Shown here piece by piece: positions 1 through 11,834 of a DNA stretch of 64,000 nucleotides. This stretch comes from the human T2T-CHM13v2.0 reference genome, Homo sapiens. Each line of letters begins with the position of its first letter. Position 1 is the first letter of the stretch. The notes under the pieces were generated by a model. It made no database searches. It was not told the DNA's origin and saw nothing but the letters and a program-made list of their open reading frames with translations. Both the position numbers and the translations under genes were made by a program. The stretch is from the NCBI RefSeq assembly GCF_009914755.1, contig NC_060925.1. One strand, written 5' to 3'.

Positions 1-41
1 CTCTTTTGATGATTCTCCTTTGAATTTCTGAACTCAATCTA

Positions 42-345
42 GGGTGTGTGAGATGGCTGATGCCTGTAATCCTAGCACTTTGGGAGGCTGAGGTGGGGAG
101 ATCACTTGAGGTCAAGAGTTCGAGACCAGCCGGGCCAACATGGTGAAACCCCATCTCAACTAAAAATACAAAAATTAGTAGGGCATGTTGGAGCGCACCC
201 ATAATTCCCAGCTACTCGGGAGGCAAGGTGAGAAAATCGCTTGAACCCAGAAAGTTGAGGTTGCAGTGAGCTGAAATCATGCCACTGCACTCCAGCCTGG
301 GTGACAGATGGTGGCCCAGTCTGAAAATCAAAGAATCAATAAATA
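42..345 (+). mobile_element. Alu
   Basis: GCCTGTAATCC...CACTCCAGCCTGGG dimer. Confidence 0.9.
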
Positions 346-914
346 AACTCAATCTTGACAAAGGACTTTCAGTCCTGACATCTAGATGCCCACAAGATAA
401 CCACCATGTTTTACATTGTCTTGTTTCCTTTGCAGGTTCCCATTAGAAAACCTAGTCTCATTCCACTCAGTCCGCACCTCACTTGGTCATTTTGTCCTGA
501 TTTCCTTCAGTGAAGCCTTGACTTAGTCTTGAGATAGATCACACCCTCAGTGGTTCCTTTCTTCTACCTGAATGTGCATATGATCTGCTATGTTAGATAG
601 CATAAAACACAGGTAACCATTCGATATACACAGCTTTTTATTCTGTTTTCTTGGGAATGACATCACTATCTTCTTCAGGCTGTTGTAGCTCTGAAACATT
701 TTGACAATTTTGATGTGGCCAAACATCCTCCAATAAGGACACCTTAAGGTTTTTTTTTTTTTTTTGTCTGATATCAGGAACAGATTAATCCCTTCCCTGT
801 ATCACTATGAAAGTCATCTATTAGCCAAACTTCATCAGTATTTGGGGAATAAATGAATGAATGAGTTTTGGACTTTCACCCTATTATTTATTCTTTTACT
901 TCCATAAATGTGTA

Positions 915-1060
915 TCTAATTCGATCAATTAGTCAGAAGAAAGCTGAAAACTCAATCAGGATTAACTGGGTGTGACTGCAAGATCTAATCAGGTATCACT
1001 TTCTGATTGGAAGCTGGTGATTGAGAAGGGAAGGGTGGGGTTAGAAAGGTCTATAAAAGC
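915..1060 (+). promoter_or_regulatory. PRAMEF2 promoter: DUX4-like motif cluster, reverse CCAAT, TATA box
   Basis: TAATTCGATCA 917-927, AAACTCAATCA 948-958 and AGATCTAATCA 981-991 resemble the DUX4 consensus TAAYYBAATCA; ATTGG 1006-1010; TATAAAA 1052-1058; module conserved upstream of all four genes. Confidence 0.75.
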
Positions 1061-1085
1061 TCCTGAGGGTACCCAGAAGAGACCC

Positions 1086-1159
1086 ACAGCACTCACACCT
1101 GAAGCTACTGGTTGGTTCCCTGAGAGGTCCCAGAACTCTGCAAAGTGAGTCCAGCGCTG
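1086..1159 (+). other. PRAMEF2: PRAMEF2 non-coding exon 1 (start approximate)
   Basis: About 30 nt after TATA; donor CTG|GTAAGT at 1159/1160, conserved in all four paralogs. Confidence 0.7.
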
Positions 1160-1718
1160 GTAAGTCACCACCTTCTTAGGGTCATGCCCATCTGATCAGC
1201 AGCCAGCCAGTCAGGGACGGTGACACACATCCCAAAGTGGCACACAATATTTTTCTGTCTGTTTTGTGAGATGAACAGATTTAGGCTTTCATTTTTCCTC
1301 TAAATGTAGTTTTGTCTTCATCCATCAGATTGTGATTTGTGCTTGGTTTTTGTCATTTTAAAATTCTTATGGAAGCAGGTTTTTTAAAAATATATTAAAA
1401 CTTTACAGTGACATGAATTTTTATTTCTTGACATTTGAAGTTATTTGTTTTTGTGCCTTTCAATTACAGTTCATAGACTTGGTGTTATTGTGATCCTCCA
1501 AGTATGCTTTCATTTTCATAAAATCCTTAAAGGTATCCCACACACCAATCTCAAGAGTGCAGTTTTGCTCAGATTGTGGGATTTATTTTTGACCCTAGGA
1601 TCGATCCATCAAAAAGTGGGTAATTGTGAGTATGTGGAAGTGATGTCTATAGGAACCTTCATCTTAGAGTTACAGTGCTCTAGAATAGCATGGTAGCACT
1701 TTTACAGTTTCTGGTTGA

Positions 1719-2513
1719 TTTTTTTTTTGAGATGGAGTTTCCCTATTGTTGCCCAGGCTGGAGTGCCATGGTGTGGTTTGGCTCACTGAAATTTCTGCCT
1801 CCTAGTTACATGTGATTCTCCTGCTTCAGCCTCCTGAGTAGCTTGGATTACAGGCACTCACCACCATGCCCAGCTAATTTTTGTATTTTTAGTAGACACA
1901 GGGTTTTGCCATGTTGGCCATGCTGGCCTCAAACTCCTGACCTCAGGAGATCTGCCCCCCTCAGACTCCCAAAGTGCTGGGATTACAGGAGTAAGCCAGC
2001 ATGCCCAGCTACAGTTAGCATTTCTATACATACCTTCCAAATGCTGTGGAATACCATCACACCACTTTTACAGTTCCAGTGAATTATTTTGTTTTTTTCT
2101 GCGATGTACTCTGAGTGCGTCACCCAGACTGGAGTGCAGGGCCCTGAGCTGGGCTCCCTGGAAACTCTGTCTCTGGGCTTCAAGTGATTCTCCTTCCTCT
2201 GCCTCCAGAGTAGCTAGGATTACAGTCATGCATGACCACACCTGGCTAATATTTAAATTAATTAATTTATCAATTTGTTTATTTTTGAGTCAGAGTCCAA
2301 CGCTGTCACCCAGGCTGGAGTGCAGTGGTGTGATGTCGGCTCACTGAAACCTCTGCCTTCTGGAGTCAAATGATTCTTAACTTTTGTATATTTAGTAGAG
2401 ACATGGTTTCATTATGTAGGCCCAGGCTGTTCTCGAACTCCTGACCTCAAGTGATCTGCCTGCCTTGGTGTCCAGCAGTGTTGGGATTACAGACATAAGC
2501 CACAGCACCTGGT
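1719..2513 (-). mobile_element. Three antisense Alus or fragments in PRAMEF2 intron 1
   Basis: About 1719-2010, 2092-2250 and 2281-2513. Confidence 0.85.
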
Positions 2514-3015
2514 CCATTTCTGGTAGAAAATTTTCAAAATAAAAAATAATGGCATCGATTTTAGGGAGTCCCTTTAGTGTTCCCCCAGCATGTTCATGGT
2601 GTGAACTGAGAATGGAGGCTGTCTGGGCCCACGGGACACTCTCATTCTCAATGCTTTAGGGTGGTAAGTGACAAGAAATTTTTCCTCAAAGAGGTAGAGC
2701 TTGGCTTTCAGGATCCTCAGTGGCACTGTCCAGTGGTTCTGGGATTCAGTGGAGCGAAGGATGAAAATTAATGGGTCAATGGTCTCTTTGACCCCTCCCT
2801 CCTTGGTGTTTGGAAGATATTCTTCCTGGTACAAGCAGAAGTATAGATTTGAGGCCAACAAGCACAGTGGAATTGGGGTAAAGTGGTAATTTTTCTACCT
2901 CTACCAGAGCAATGATATTGGTCCTAGGAGAAGATGAGGTGATTGTGTTTGCCCTGAGAGTGATACATTCTCCCTGGATTTGTCTTCTAGAGATTTTTCT
3001 TGCAGATCCATCAGG

Positions 3016-3302
3016 ATGAGCATCCAGGCCCCACCGAGACTACTGGAGCTGGCGGGGCAGAGCCTGCTGAGAGACCAGGCCTTGTCCATCTCTGCCATGG
3101 AGGAGCTGCCCAGGGTGCTCTATCTCCCACTCTTCAGGGAGGCCTTCAGCAGGAGACACTTCCAGACTCTGACGGTGATGGTGCAGGCCTGGCCTTTCAC
3201 CTGCCTCCCTCTGGTATCGCTGATGAAGACGCTTCATCTGGAGCCATTGAAAGCATTGCTGGAAGGGCTTCATATGCTGCTTACACAGAAGGATCGCCCC
3301 AG
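3016..3302 (+). CDS. PRAMEF2: PRAME family member 2, coding exon 1 (BC-box/Cul2-box N-terminus)
   Basis: ATG 3016, [18 protein letters not shown]...DRPR; donor AG|GTGAGG; 287 nt; LFREAF, LPLVSL and LEPLK match PRAMEF2 rather than PRAMEF1 as I recall them. Confidence 0.93.
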
Positions 3303-3698
3303 GTGAGGTGACCCAGGAGGGCTAGTAGATAGGGCTCAGGTGTCCAGGGAAAGAACAGCAGGGTCAGGCAGAGAAGTAACCCAAGTGCGGCCCAGAGTCT
3401 TCTGATGGTGTTGGCGAGGAAGCTCAGGGAGGCTTTGGCCATTGTCCAGATCCTCAGAGAAAGGACTGCTCACCATACAGGGTCCACTGTGGGAACAGAA
3501 ACCGGCCTTTACTCAGTGGAAGGTAAAGGGAATAGAAGTGGGGACCACTCAGAATCCAAAGGGAAAAGGGATTGAGAAAAGACAAAGAGAACAGGGAGCA
3601 CTGAGGACAGGAGCAGCTGATTTATGGGATGAGAATGAAAGCAAAGGTCAGGGATGAGTCCCTCTAAATTCTGAGCCTCTCCCTTACTTTACCCACAG

Positions 3699-4277
3699 GA
3701 GGTGGAAACTTCAAGTGCTGGATTTGCGGGATGTTGATGAGAATTTCTGGGCCAGATGGCCTGGAGCCTGGGCCCTGTCCTGCTTCCCAGAGGCCATGAG
3801 TAAGAGGCAGACAGCAGAGGACTGTCCAAGGACGGGAGAGCACCAGCCCTTAAAGGTGTTCATAGACATCTGCCTCAAGGAAATACCCCAGGATGAATGC
3901 CTGAGATACCTCTTCCAGTGGGTTTACCAAAGGAGAGGTTTAGTACACCTGTGCTGTAGTAAGCTGGTCAATTATCTAACGCCAATTAAATATCTCAGAA
4001 AGTCATTGAAAATAATATACATTAATAGTATTGGGGAGCTGGAAATTCACAACACGTGCTGGCCACATCTGATAAGAAAGCTTTATTGTTACCTGAAGGA
4101 GATGAAGACTCTTTGCAAACTCGTTTTCTCCAGGTGCCATCATTACACGTCAGATAATGAACTCGAGGGATGGTTAGTCACCAGATTCACCTCTGTGTTC
4201 CTCAGGCTGGAACACCTCCAGTTGCTTAAAATAAAATTGATCACCTTCTTCAGTGGGCACCTGGAACAGCTGATCAG
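3699..4277 (+). CDS. PRAMEF2: PRAMEF2 coding exon 2 (LRR region)
   Basis: Acceptor cccacAG 3698; RWKLQVLDL...HLEQLIR; donor AG|GTGAGA; 579 nt, phase-compatible. Confidence 0.93.
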
Positions 4278-5226
4278 GTGAGAAAGGATTGTGCACTTTG
4301 TATGCAGACCACAGCACAGACTTGTTCTGTTACAGCAAACATTAGAAGGCGTGTACTGTGTGCCAGCCAGTGGCAACGTCACAGTGAAGGGAACACCAGA
4401 ATGTCAACACATTGTCCCATTCAGTGTTCCATGTCCTGGAGTGGCTATCACAGGATCGCTCCAATAAGGGCAGAGGGGTCACCTGGGGTAGAAGCTAGAG
4501 AGGGACATCATGTACAAGCTAGTCAGTGGGGGTTTCAGCTCTATTGGGGGTGCACGTGTGAATTTCCTGTTACAAAGTGTGTTTCAAGTTGATATGATGT
4601 CAAAGAGATAATAGAGGAGGGTATGAAAGGAGGGAAAGCGCATCAAACCTGTCCATTTCACAATAGAACGTCTGTCCTCACCGGCTTAGTGATCACGAAT
4701 GATCCTGTCTTTAATTCCCTGTCTGCAAAACGTTGTTTTGAACTCCAGGAAAGGTAATTGACATGGGAAATGCGTGCTTCCGGGATGGAGGTGAGGGAGT
4801 AGGCGTGAGAGTGGTAAAAAGTGACAGTTGGTTTGCAGATGCAGGCATGTCAGGGAGCCCCTGCCGACATGTAGCCCTAGCTGATGTCCCTAGACCTTGC
4901 TGAGTTGAGTTCTTTGTTCACATCTCCCACGGGGTACCTGTAGCCCAGAGATGAAGTTTTCTGCTAAAAGATGAAAAACAAAAAGGCTTTAGAGATTTTA
5001 TGGCCTTGACCCAATCACACAAGCAATGGTGAAAGGGCTGAGGCTAAAATGGGACAGCCCCTGAACGATCAGGGTCCTCATCATGCAGCAACTTCCATGA
5101 GGACCATCATCAGATGGTGGGAACAAACTTGTGTTTGGTTGAAGCAGGTATTTTCCTTGAGGTTATTCCCCACTACCTTCATCTAACTGGTACCATTGCC
5201 CAGAACTAACTTCTTGATCTCCACAG

Positions 5227-5785
5227 GTGCCTCCAGAACCCCTTGGAGAACTTGGAATTAACTTGTGGCAACCTATTAGAAGAGGACTTGAAGTGTCTCT
5301 CCCAGTTCCCAAGCCTCGGTTACCTAAAGCATCTGAATCTCAGCTACGTGCTGCTGTTCCGCATCAGTCTTGAACCCCTAGGAGCTCTGCTAGAGAAAAT
5401 TGCTGCCTCTCTCGAGACCCTCGTGTTAGAGGGCTGTCAGATCCACTACTCCCAACTCAGTGCCATCCTGCCTGGCCTGAGCTGCTGCTCCCAGCTCACC
5501 ACCTTCTACTTTGGCAGCAATTGCATGTCTATTGACGCCCTGAAGGACCTGCTGCGCCACACCAGTGGGCTGAGCAAGTTAAGCCTGGAGACGTATCCTG
5601 CCCCTGAGGAGAGTTTGAATTCCTTGGTTCGTGTCAATTGGGAGATCTTCACCCCACTTCGGGCTGAGCTGATGTGTACACTGAGGGAATTCAGGCAGCC
5701 CAAGAGGATCTTCATTGGCCCCACCCCCTGCCCTTCCTGTGGCTCATCACCGTCTGAGGAACTGGAGCTCCATCTTTGCTGCTAG
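5227..5785 (+). CDS. PRAMEF2: PRAMEF2 coding exon 3 (LRRs, CPxCG, stop)
   Basis: Acceptor ccacAG 5226; CLQNPLENL...LHLCC*; 287+579+559=1425 nt = 474 aa + stop. Confidence 0.93.
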
Positions 5786-5924
5786 GGAAGGCGTGCCCAG
5801 TGGGGTAGAGAAATCCAAAGTTCTCTTCCAGGCACTTGGACACTAAAATCTACTATGTAGGTGCAAACTATTTTTCTCTTTTCTTATTTATTTCATTTTT
5901 TAATAATTCCAAAATTTTTATTAA

Positions 5925-6024
5925 AGACAATTTGAGACAGGGTTTCTCTGTGTTGCTCTGGGATCCTCCTGCCTCAGCTTCCTAAAGTGCTGGGATTACT
6001 GGCATGAGTGACTGTGTCCAGGCC
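5925..6024 (-). mobile_element. Short antisense Alu/FLAM remnant in the PRAMEF2 3' region
   Basis: GAGACAGGGTTTC...AAAGTGCTGGGATTAC. Confidence 0.75.
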
Positions 6025-6227
6025 ACATGCAACTTAAAGGAAGCACAGGCAAGTGCTCAGTGTGAGAGAGAAAACATAACAGCAGGGGGCAAGGCTGGAG
6101 GAAAATGTTGAGGTGACATCAATGAGAACTTCAGGGACCCGTGTCCTACAGAGTCGGAAAGAGAAGCTAAAGTTCTACAGTGATGAGAATGTTATCCCTG
6201 CAAGGATGGTTACCAAGGAATATCAGA

Positions 6228-6233
6228 AATAAA
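6228..6233 (+). terminator. Probable PRAMEF2 polyadenylation signal AATAAA
   Basis: Context atcagaAATAAAgagcacctgaatg is homologous to the AATAAA downstream of PRAMEF4 and PRAMEF10; an alternative ATTAAA lies at 5920-5925. Confidence 0.5.
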
Positions 6234-6419
6234 GAGCACCTGAATGAAAACTTTTAACGTGTTGTAGCAATTTATCCACCAGAAATATCTAGTTATTGAG
6301 TTACTGATGGAAAAATAATGAAATACTACTTTGTCTGTGATTGAGTTTCAGCTGTAGAACATCAAAGCAACCAAATAAAATTTGATCATTTTAAGTATTT
6401 CCCACCCATTCTTGTTCTT

Positions 6420-6700
6420 TGTTTTGTTTTGGAGACAAAATCTCAGTTTGTCATTTAGGCTGGAGTGCAGTGGTGCAATCTGGGCTCATTGCAATCCTTT
6501 CCTTCAGGGCTCAAGTGATTCTTGTGCCTCAACCACTCAATTAGCTGGGACGGCAGGCACGTTTCACCAAGACTGGCTGATTTTTGTATTTTTAATGGAG
6601 ATGAGGTTTTTCCATGTTGATCAGCCTGGTCTCAAGATCCTGGCTTTGAGTGATCCACTGACCTTGGCCTCCCAAAGCGCTGGGAAAACAGGCATACAGA
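6420..6700 (-). mobile_element. Alu
   Basis: Diverged antisense Alu. Confidence 0.85.
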
Positions 6701-6761
6701 TGATTTCCACCCATTCTTTACTTCTCTTCAGTCATCAGTTTTTTTCTTACTTTTTTGCCCA

Positions 6762-9030
6762 AGGGGAGCAGCTCGGTCAGGCGCGAAGGGACGGGCAGAG
6801 AGGGGCCCCAAGGAGAAGATAGGAATGGGGTGGTGCCACGTTCGCACAAGATGTGCGGATGCCAGGCCCAGAAGGCATAGCTGGGGCCATCCATCAGGGG
6901 GCCAGGGTGAGAAGCAGAAATGGCACCTGTTTCAAGGACCTGGCCAGCTATCTGGCCACTGTGCCCATCCTGCTAACAGTGTCAAGCTCCCAGGTCTTGA
7001 AGGGAGGGTCTATGCGGATCCACCCCATGCTGTGTTTCCGAGATCCGCCCCCCATAGGAGTGACCAGCCCGATTGCTGGGCCTGGGAACTATGAACCACT
7101 CCTGGAGGCACCCCCCTTGACAGGGTCATGAGCCAGGCCTGTGCTCCATTTCCCTGAGGCAGCCTACTGTGCCACCCACACCCTCTCATTGCAAAATGGA
7201 ACCTTGTCCCAGGTCTGGAGTCTCCACCACAGCCTCTACTTCACTGCTCACTGCCTGCCGTTAGCCTGCAAGCTCCTGGATGATAGTGCAGTTGGGGCTG
7301 GTTAAACCACACCCAGGAGCATTGGGTTTGTTTGTGTGGGGTTGGCCAGAGCTGCTGTGTACCTGCTTCTCAACTGTCACTTCTGCAGGGAAACACAGAG
7401 AGAGGGCACAGCCAAGGCTGCGTACACTTCAGAGCTGATGGGAGCCTGGGACAAGAGGGAGTCCTGGTCCTCCTGAGTTGGCAGGGCAGTAGCTCCAAAG
7501 ACGCAACTGAAGTTGTCCAGGTCACAGTTACCAAATGAGGTCCCCCAGTACTCTCGAGGGTCCAGGAGATCCCCCCTTCTCCTGCAGCTTGGGGGTGTCC
7601 GCTCTCACTGCCTCATCTCTCATGGCACCTGCTCTAATTTTGGAGTGTGGTTGTGGTCAAGCCCAGATGCTGTCACAGCCCAGGTGGGTCTGTGCACACT
7701 CGGGTCAGTGCTGATGCACCATCCCACTGCTGTCTTGAACCCTCTGGACTTTGGGCCTTGATGAGTGTAGGAGGGAGGCTGAGGGGTGTTGCGGACTGAT
7801 CAGCACTGGTCTTTGGATGCTCCTTGGTACAAGTGACCTGGGCTCCATGGTTGGTGGTGGGAAGCAGACAGAATCCTGGACAGGAAGGTGAGGGTCACTG
7901 GTGAAGCTCCACCTTCTGATCAAGGAGGGTCTGAAGCCCGTGGGCTGGGCCACCAGTCCTATGGACCAGAGTGGGAACATGTGTTGCCTTTTCTGTGCCT
8001 GCTCATGGCCACCTATGACCCAATGAGTGCATACTTTCTCCTGTCTGATGTCAAAAAAACCCCAGACTCAGGGAGAACATTAGGAAGACCAGTGGCAGAG
8101 AGGAACTACCCACTGTTGGGATGATTTTCCTGTAGAGACAAGCAACCCCCTCCGGGTCCTTTTCTCTGCTGAGAGCTGTAGAGATGATGAGATGACTTTC
8201 CTGCAGAGAGCAGCAACCCACTCCAGGGCCTTCTCTCTACTGAGAGCAGTGGTGATGATGGAATAACCTGCCAGGAGGGAGGGGTCACCCACCCCAGGGC
8301 CTCCTCTCTGCTCAGAGCTAAACACTCATCAGGACGCCCTGGCTGCAGAAAGAAGTTACCCACTGTGGGTCTCTAAGCTGTTCTATTGCTCAATAAAGCT
8401 CTTCTTTATCTCACTCACCCTCCACTTGTCTGCATATTTCACTCTTCCTGGTCACAGGACAAAAACTTGAGACCCGCCTAATGGTGGGGTAAAAGAGCAA
8501 TAACACAAATAAAGCTGAAACATGCCCCTTGCTCACCAAATTGTAGGTGAAGAGAAAAAGAGAAGAGCAACTACTCTTCCAGGAGCCCAGATGTGGGAGC
8601 TTCCTGAGCCAGGGCTGTGACTCCCTTTTGGGGGTTCTGCAGTTCCTGGCATTTCCAAGCTTTCAGTGTTGGTGTCACTGTGTATTCCAGTGACAACCAT
8701 GGAAGCTGTTTGTGCTGTGCCTGATTCATTTGCAGCCTTGCAGAAATCTGGCACACATGCTGGCATCTGGAGCTGCCCATCCCACTGCTGCAGCAGCAGC
8801 AGCCGGTGACCGTCCAAAGTGGCCAGACCCCCTGCTCACTCACACACCCCTCACCACTCCAGCCCTGACCCGCCCTTAATAGGCATGTGCTCCAGGCCTG
8901 AAACATGAGCCAAGCATAGTCTACCAGGCTGCATGGGCAGAACGAACCCAGTGAACCCCATCAAAACTCTGGCAAAGGTGCCCCCAGCCACAGAGGTTTC
9001 TGGCCAGAAGAGTCACATTCCAAGTATTCC
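6762..9030 (+). mobile_element. MER52-type ERV1 solo LTR (long form)
   Basis: GC-rich body, internal GAGAG/ACCCAC repeats 8090-8370, CTCAATAAAGCTC near 8390, terminal CACAGAGGTTTCTGGCC typical of MER52. Confidence 0.75.
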
Positions 9031-10370
9031 AGAAGAGAAAATTACTTAAACACAAAGAAAGACAATAAGAAAAGGATGGAAGAGAGAAGTCTCTAAACAA
9101 CCAAAAAACAAGGAATGAAATGGGAGCACTAAGCTTTTATCAATAAAAACAATGAATATAATTTATCTGAATTCTGCAAGTGAAAGGCAAAGGGTCTTTG
9201 AATGAGTAAAAAAATACGACCCTACTATATGCTGTTTTCCAGAAACTCAATTCACCTATAAGCATACATGTAGATGGAAAGTGATGGGGTAGAATAAGAT
9301 ATTCCATGCAACTGGAAACCAAAAACAGCAAGAGTAGCTGTACTTATATCAGGTAAAATAGATGCCAAATCTCACAATGCACTCAGGTAAAACAGAATAC
9401 AAATCTGAGCTTGTAAAATAATAGACTACGCTTACACAAACTATGCCTAGAAAGAACATACATCAAAATAATAGAAGCCAAAAATAAATCCACATGCAAC
9501 ATCATATTGAATGAAGAAACGTTGAAAGTATTCCTGCTAGGAACTACAAGCAGACAAAAATGCTCACTTTATCCACTTGCAATCAACATAGGACTGAAAA
9601 TGTTTGTCAGAGCAATCTGGTAAGCAAAAGGAATAAAGTATAATTAAATTGGAAAGAAGGAAGTGAAACTACCTGTGTTTGCCAATGATGTGATCATATG
9701 TGCTTAGAAAACCGGAAAGATTCCACCAAGACTCGTAGATGTGATAAGTGAATTCACTTAAATCTCAGGTACAAAATTAATATGTACAAATCAGTACCAC
9801 TGTTTGATATCAACAACAAGCAAGCTGAGAATCAATTCAAGAACTCCATCCCTTCACAATAGTTGCAAAACAACAACAAAAACAGTGACAATAACAAAAA
9901 CAACCTAGGAATACACTTAACCATTAGGTAAAGGATCTCTATGAGATGAACTACAAGACACTGCTGAAAAAAATCATAGACAACAAAAAAGTAGAAAAAT
10001 ATCCCATGCTCATGGATTGACAGACACAATGTTGTGAAAATCACCACACTGCCCAAAGCAATCTAAAACCTGCAAACATCAAACATCAATCTAAAAACGT
10101 CAGTCTAAAAATTTCATACACCAAAATACAAACACCATTTTCACAAGATTAAAAAAAGAATCCTAAGATTCATATGGAGATGAAAAAGAGGCTGAAGAGC
10201 CAAAGCAATCCGAAGCAAAATGAACAAATATGGAGGCATCACATTACCTGACTTCAATTTATACAGTAAGGCAATAGTAAGCAAAACTGCGTGGTACCAG
10301 TATGAAGGTCGAGACATAGACCAATGGAATGGAATAGAGAACCCCGGAATAAAGCCACATACTTACAACC
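9030..10370 (+). mobile_element. Old L1 (L1M-type) ORF2 fragments
   Basis: Degenerate ORF2 pieces such as GGITLPDF...KTAWY...[10 protein letters not shown] and CCATGCTCATGGATTG. Confidence 0.75.
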
Positions 10371-10499
10371 CAGCGGTAGGACTGCTGCTTCTCAGTTTGT
10401 GCTGAGTGATGCCCCTTGGGGATATGGGGCCAAAGTTACTGGATTTTTCCCCCAAGAAAACCAGAGAGTGAATTGTGATATCCTGTGTGATTTTTAGAC

Positions 10500-11439
<940 letters not shown>

Positions 11440-11440
<1 letters not shown>

Positions 11441-11513
11441 TTCTTCTCCCTTCCCTTCCCTTCCCTTCCCTTCACCTCCTCTCCCCTCCCCTCCCCTCCA
11501 CTGTCTTGTCTTT

Positions 11514-11585
<72 letters not shown>

Positions 11586-11669
11586 TTTTCTTTCTTTCTT
11601 TCTTACTTTCTCTTTCTTTCTTTCCTTCCTTCCTTCCTTCCATCTTTCTTTCTTTCTCTCTTTCTTTCT

Positions 11670-11701
<32 letters not shown>

Positions 11702-11763
11702 ACTTTCTCTTTCTTTCTTTCCTTCCTTCCTTCCTTCCTTCCTTCCATCTTTCTTTCTTTCTC

Positions 11764-11831
<68 letters not shown>

Positions 11832-11834
11832 TCC
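11440..11834. repeat. Complex (CCCTT)/(CTTT)n/(CCTT)n microsatellite from an L1 poly(A) tail
   Basis: About 400 bp nearly pure pyrimidine strand abutting the L1 3' end. Confidence 0.95.

Noticed and set aside
989-1171. 60-aa minus-strand ORF repeated at 60436-60618
   Set aside because: Non-ATG start and explained by promoter duplication; no coding evidence
6825-8906. Cluster of short ORFs
   Set aside because: All lie within the GC-rich MER52 LTR
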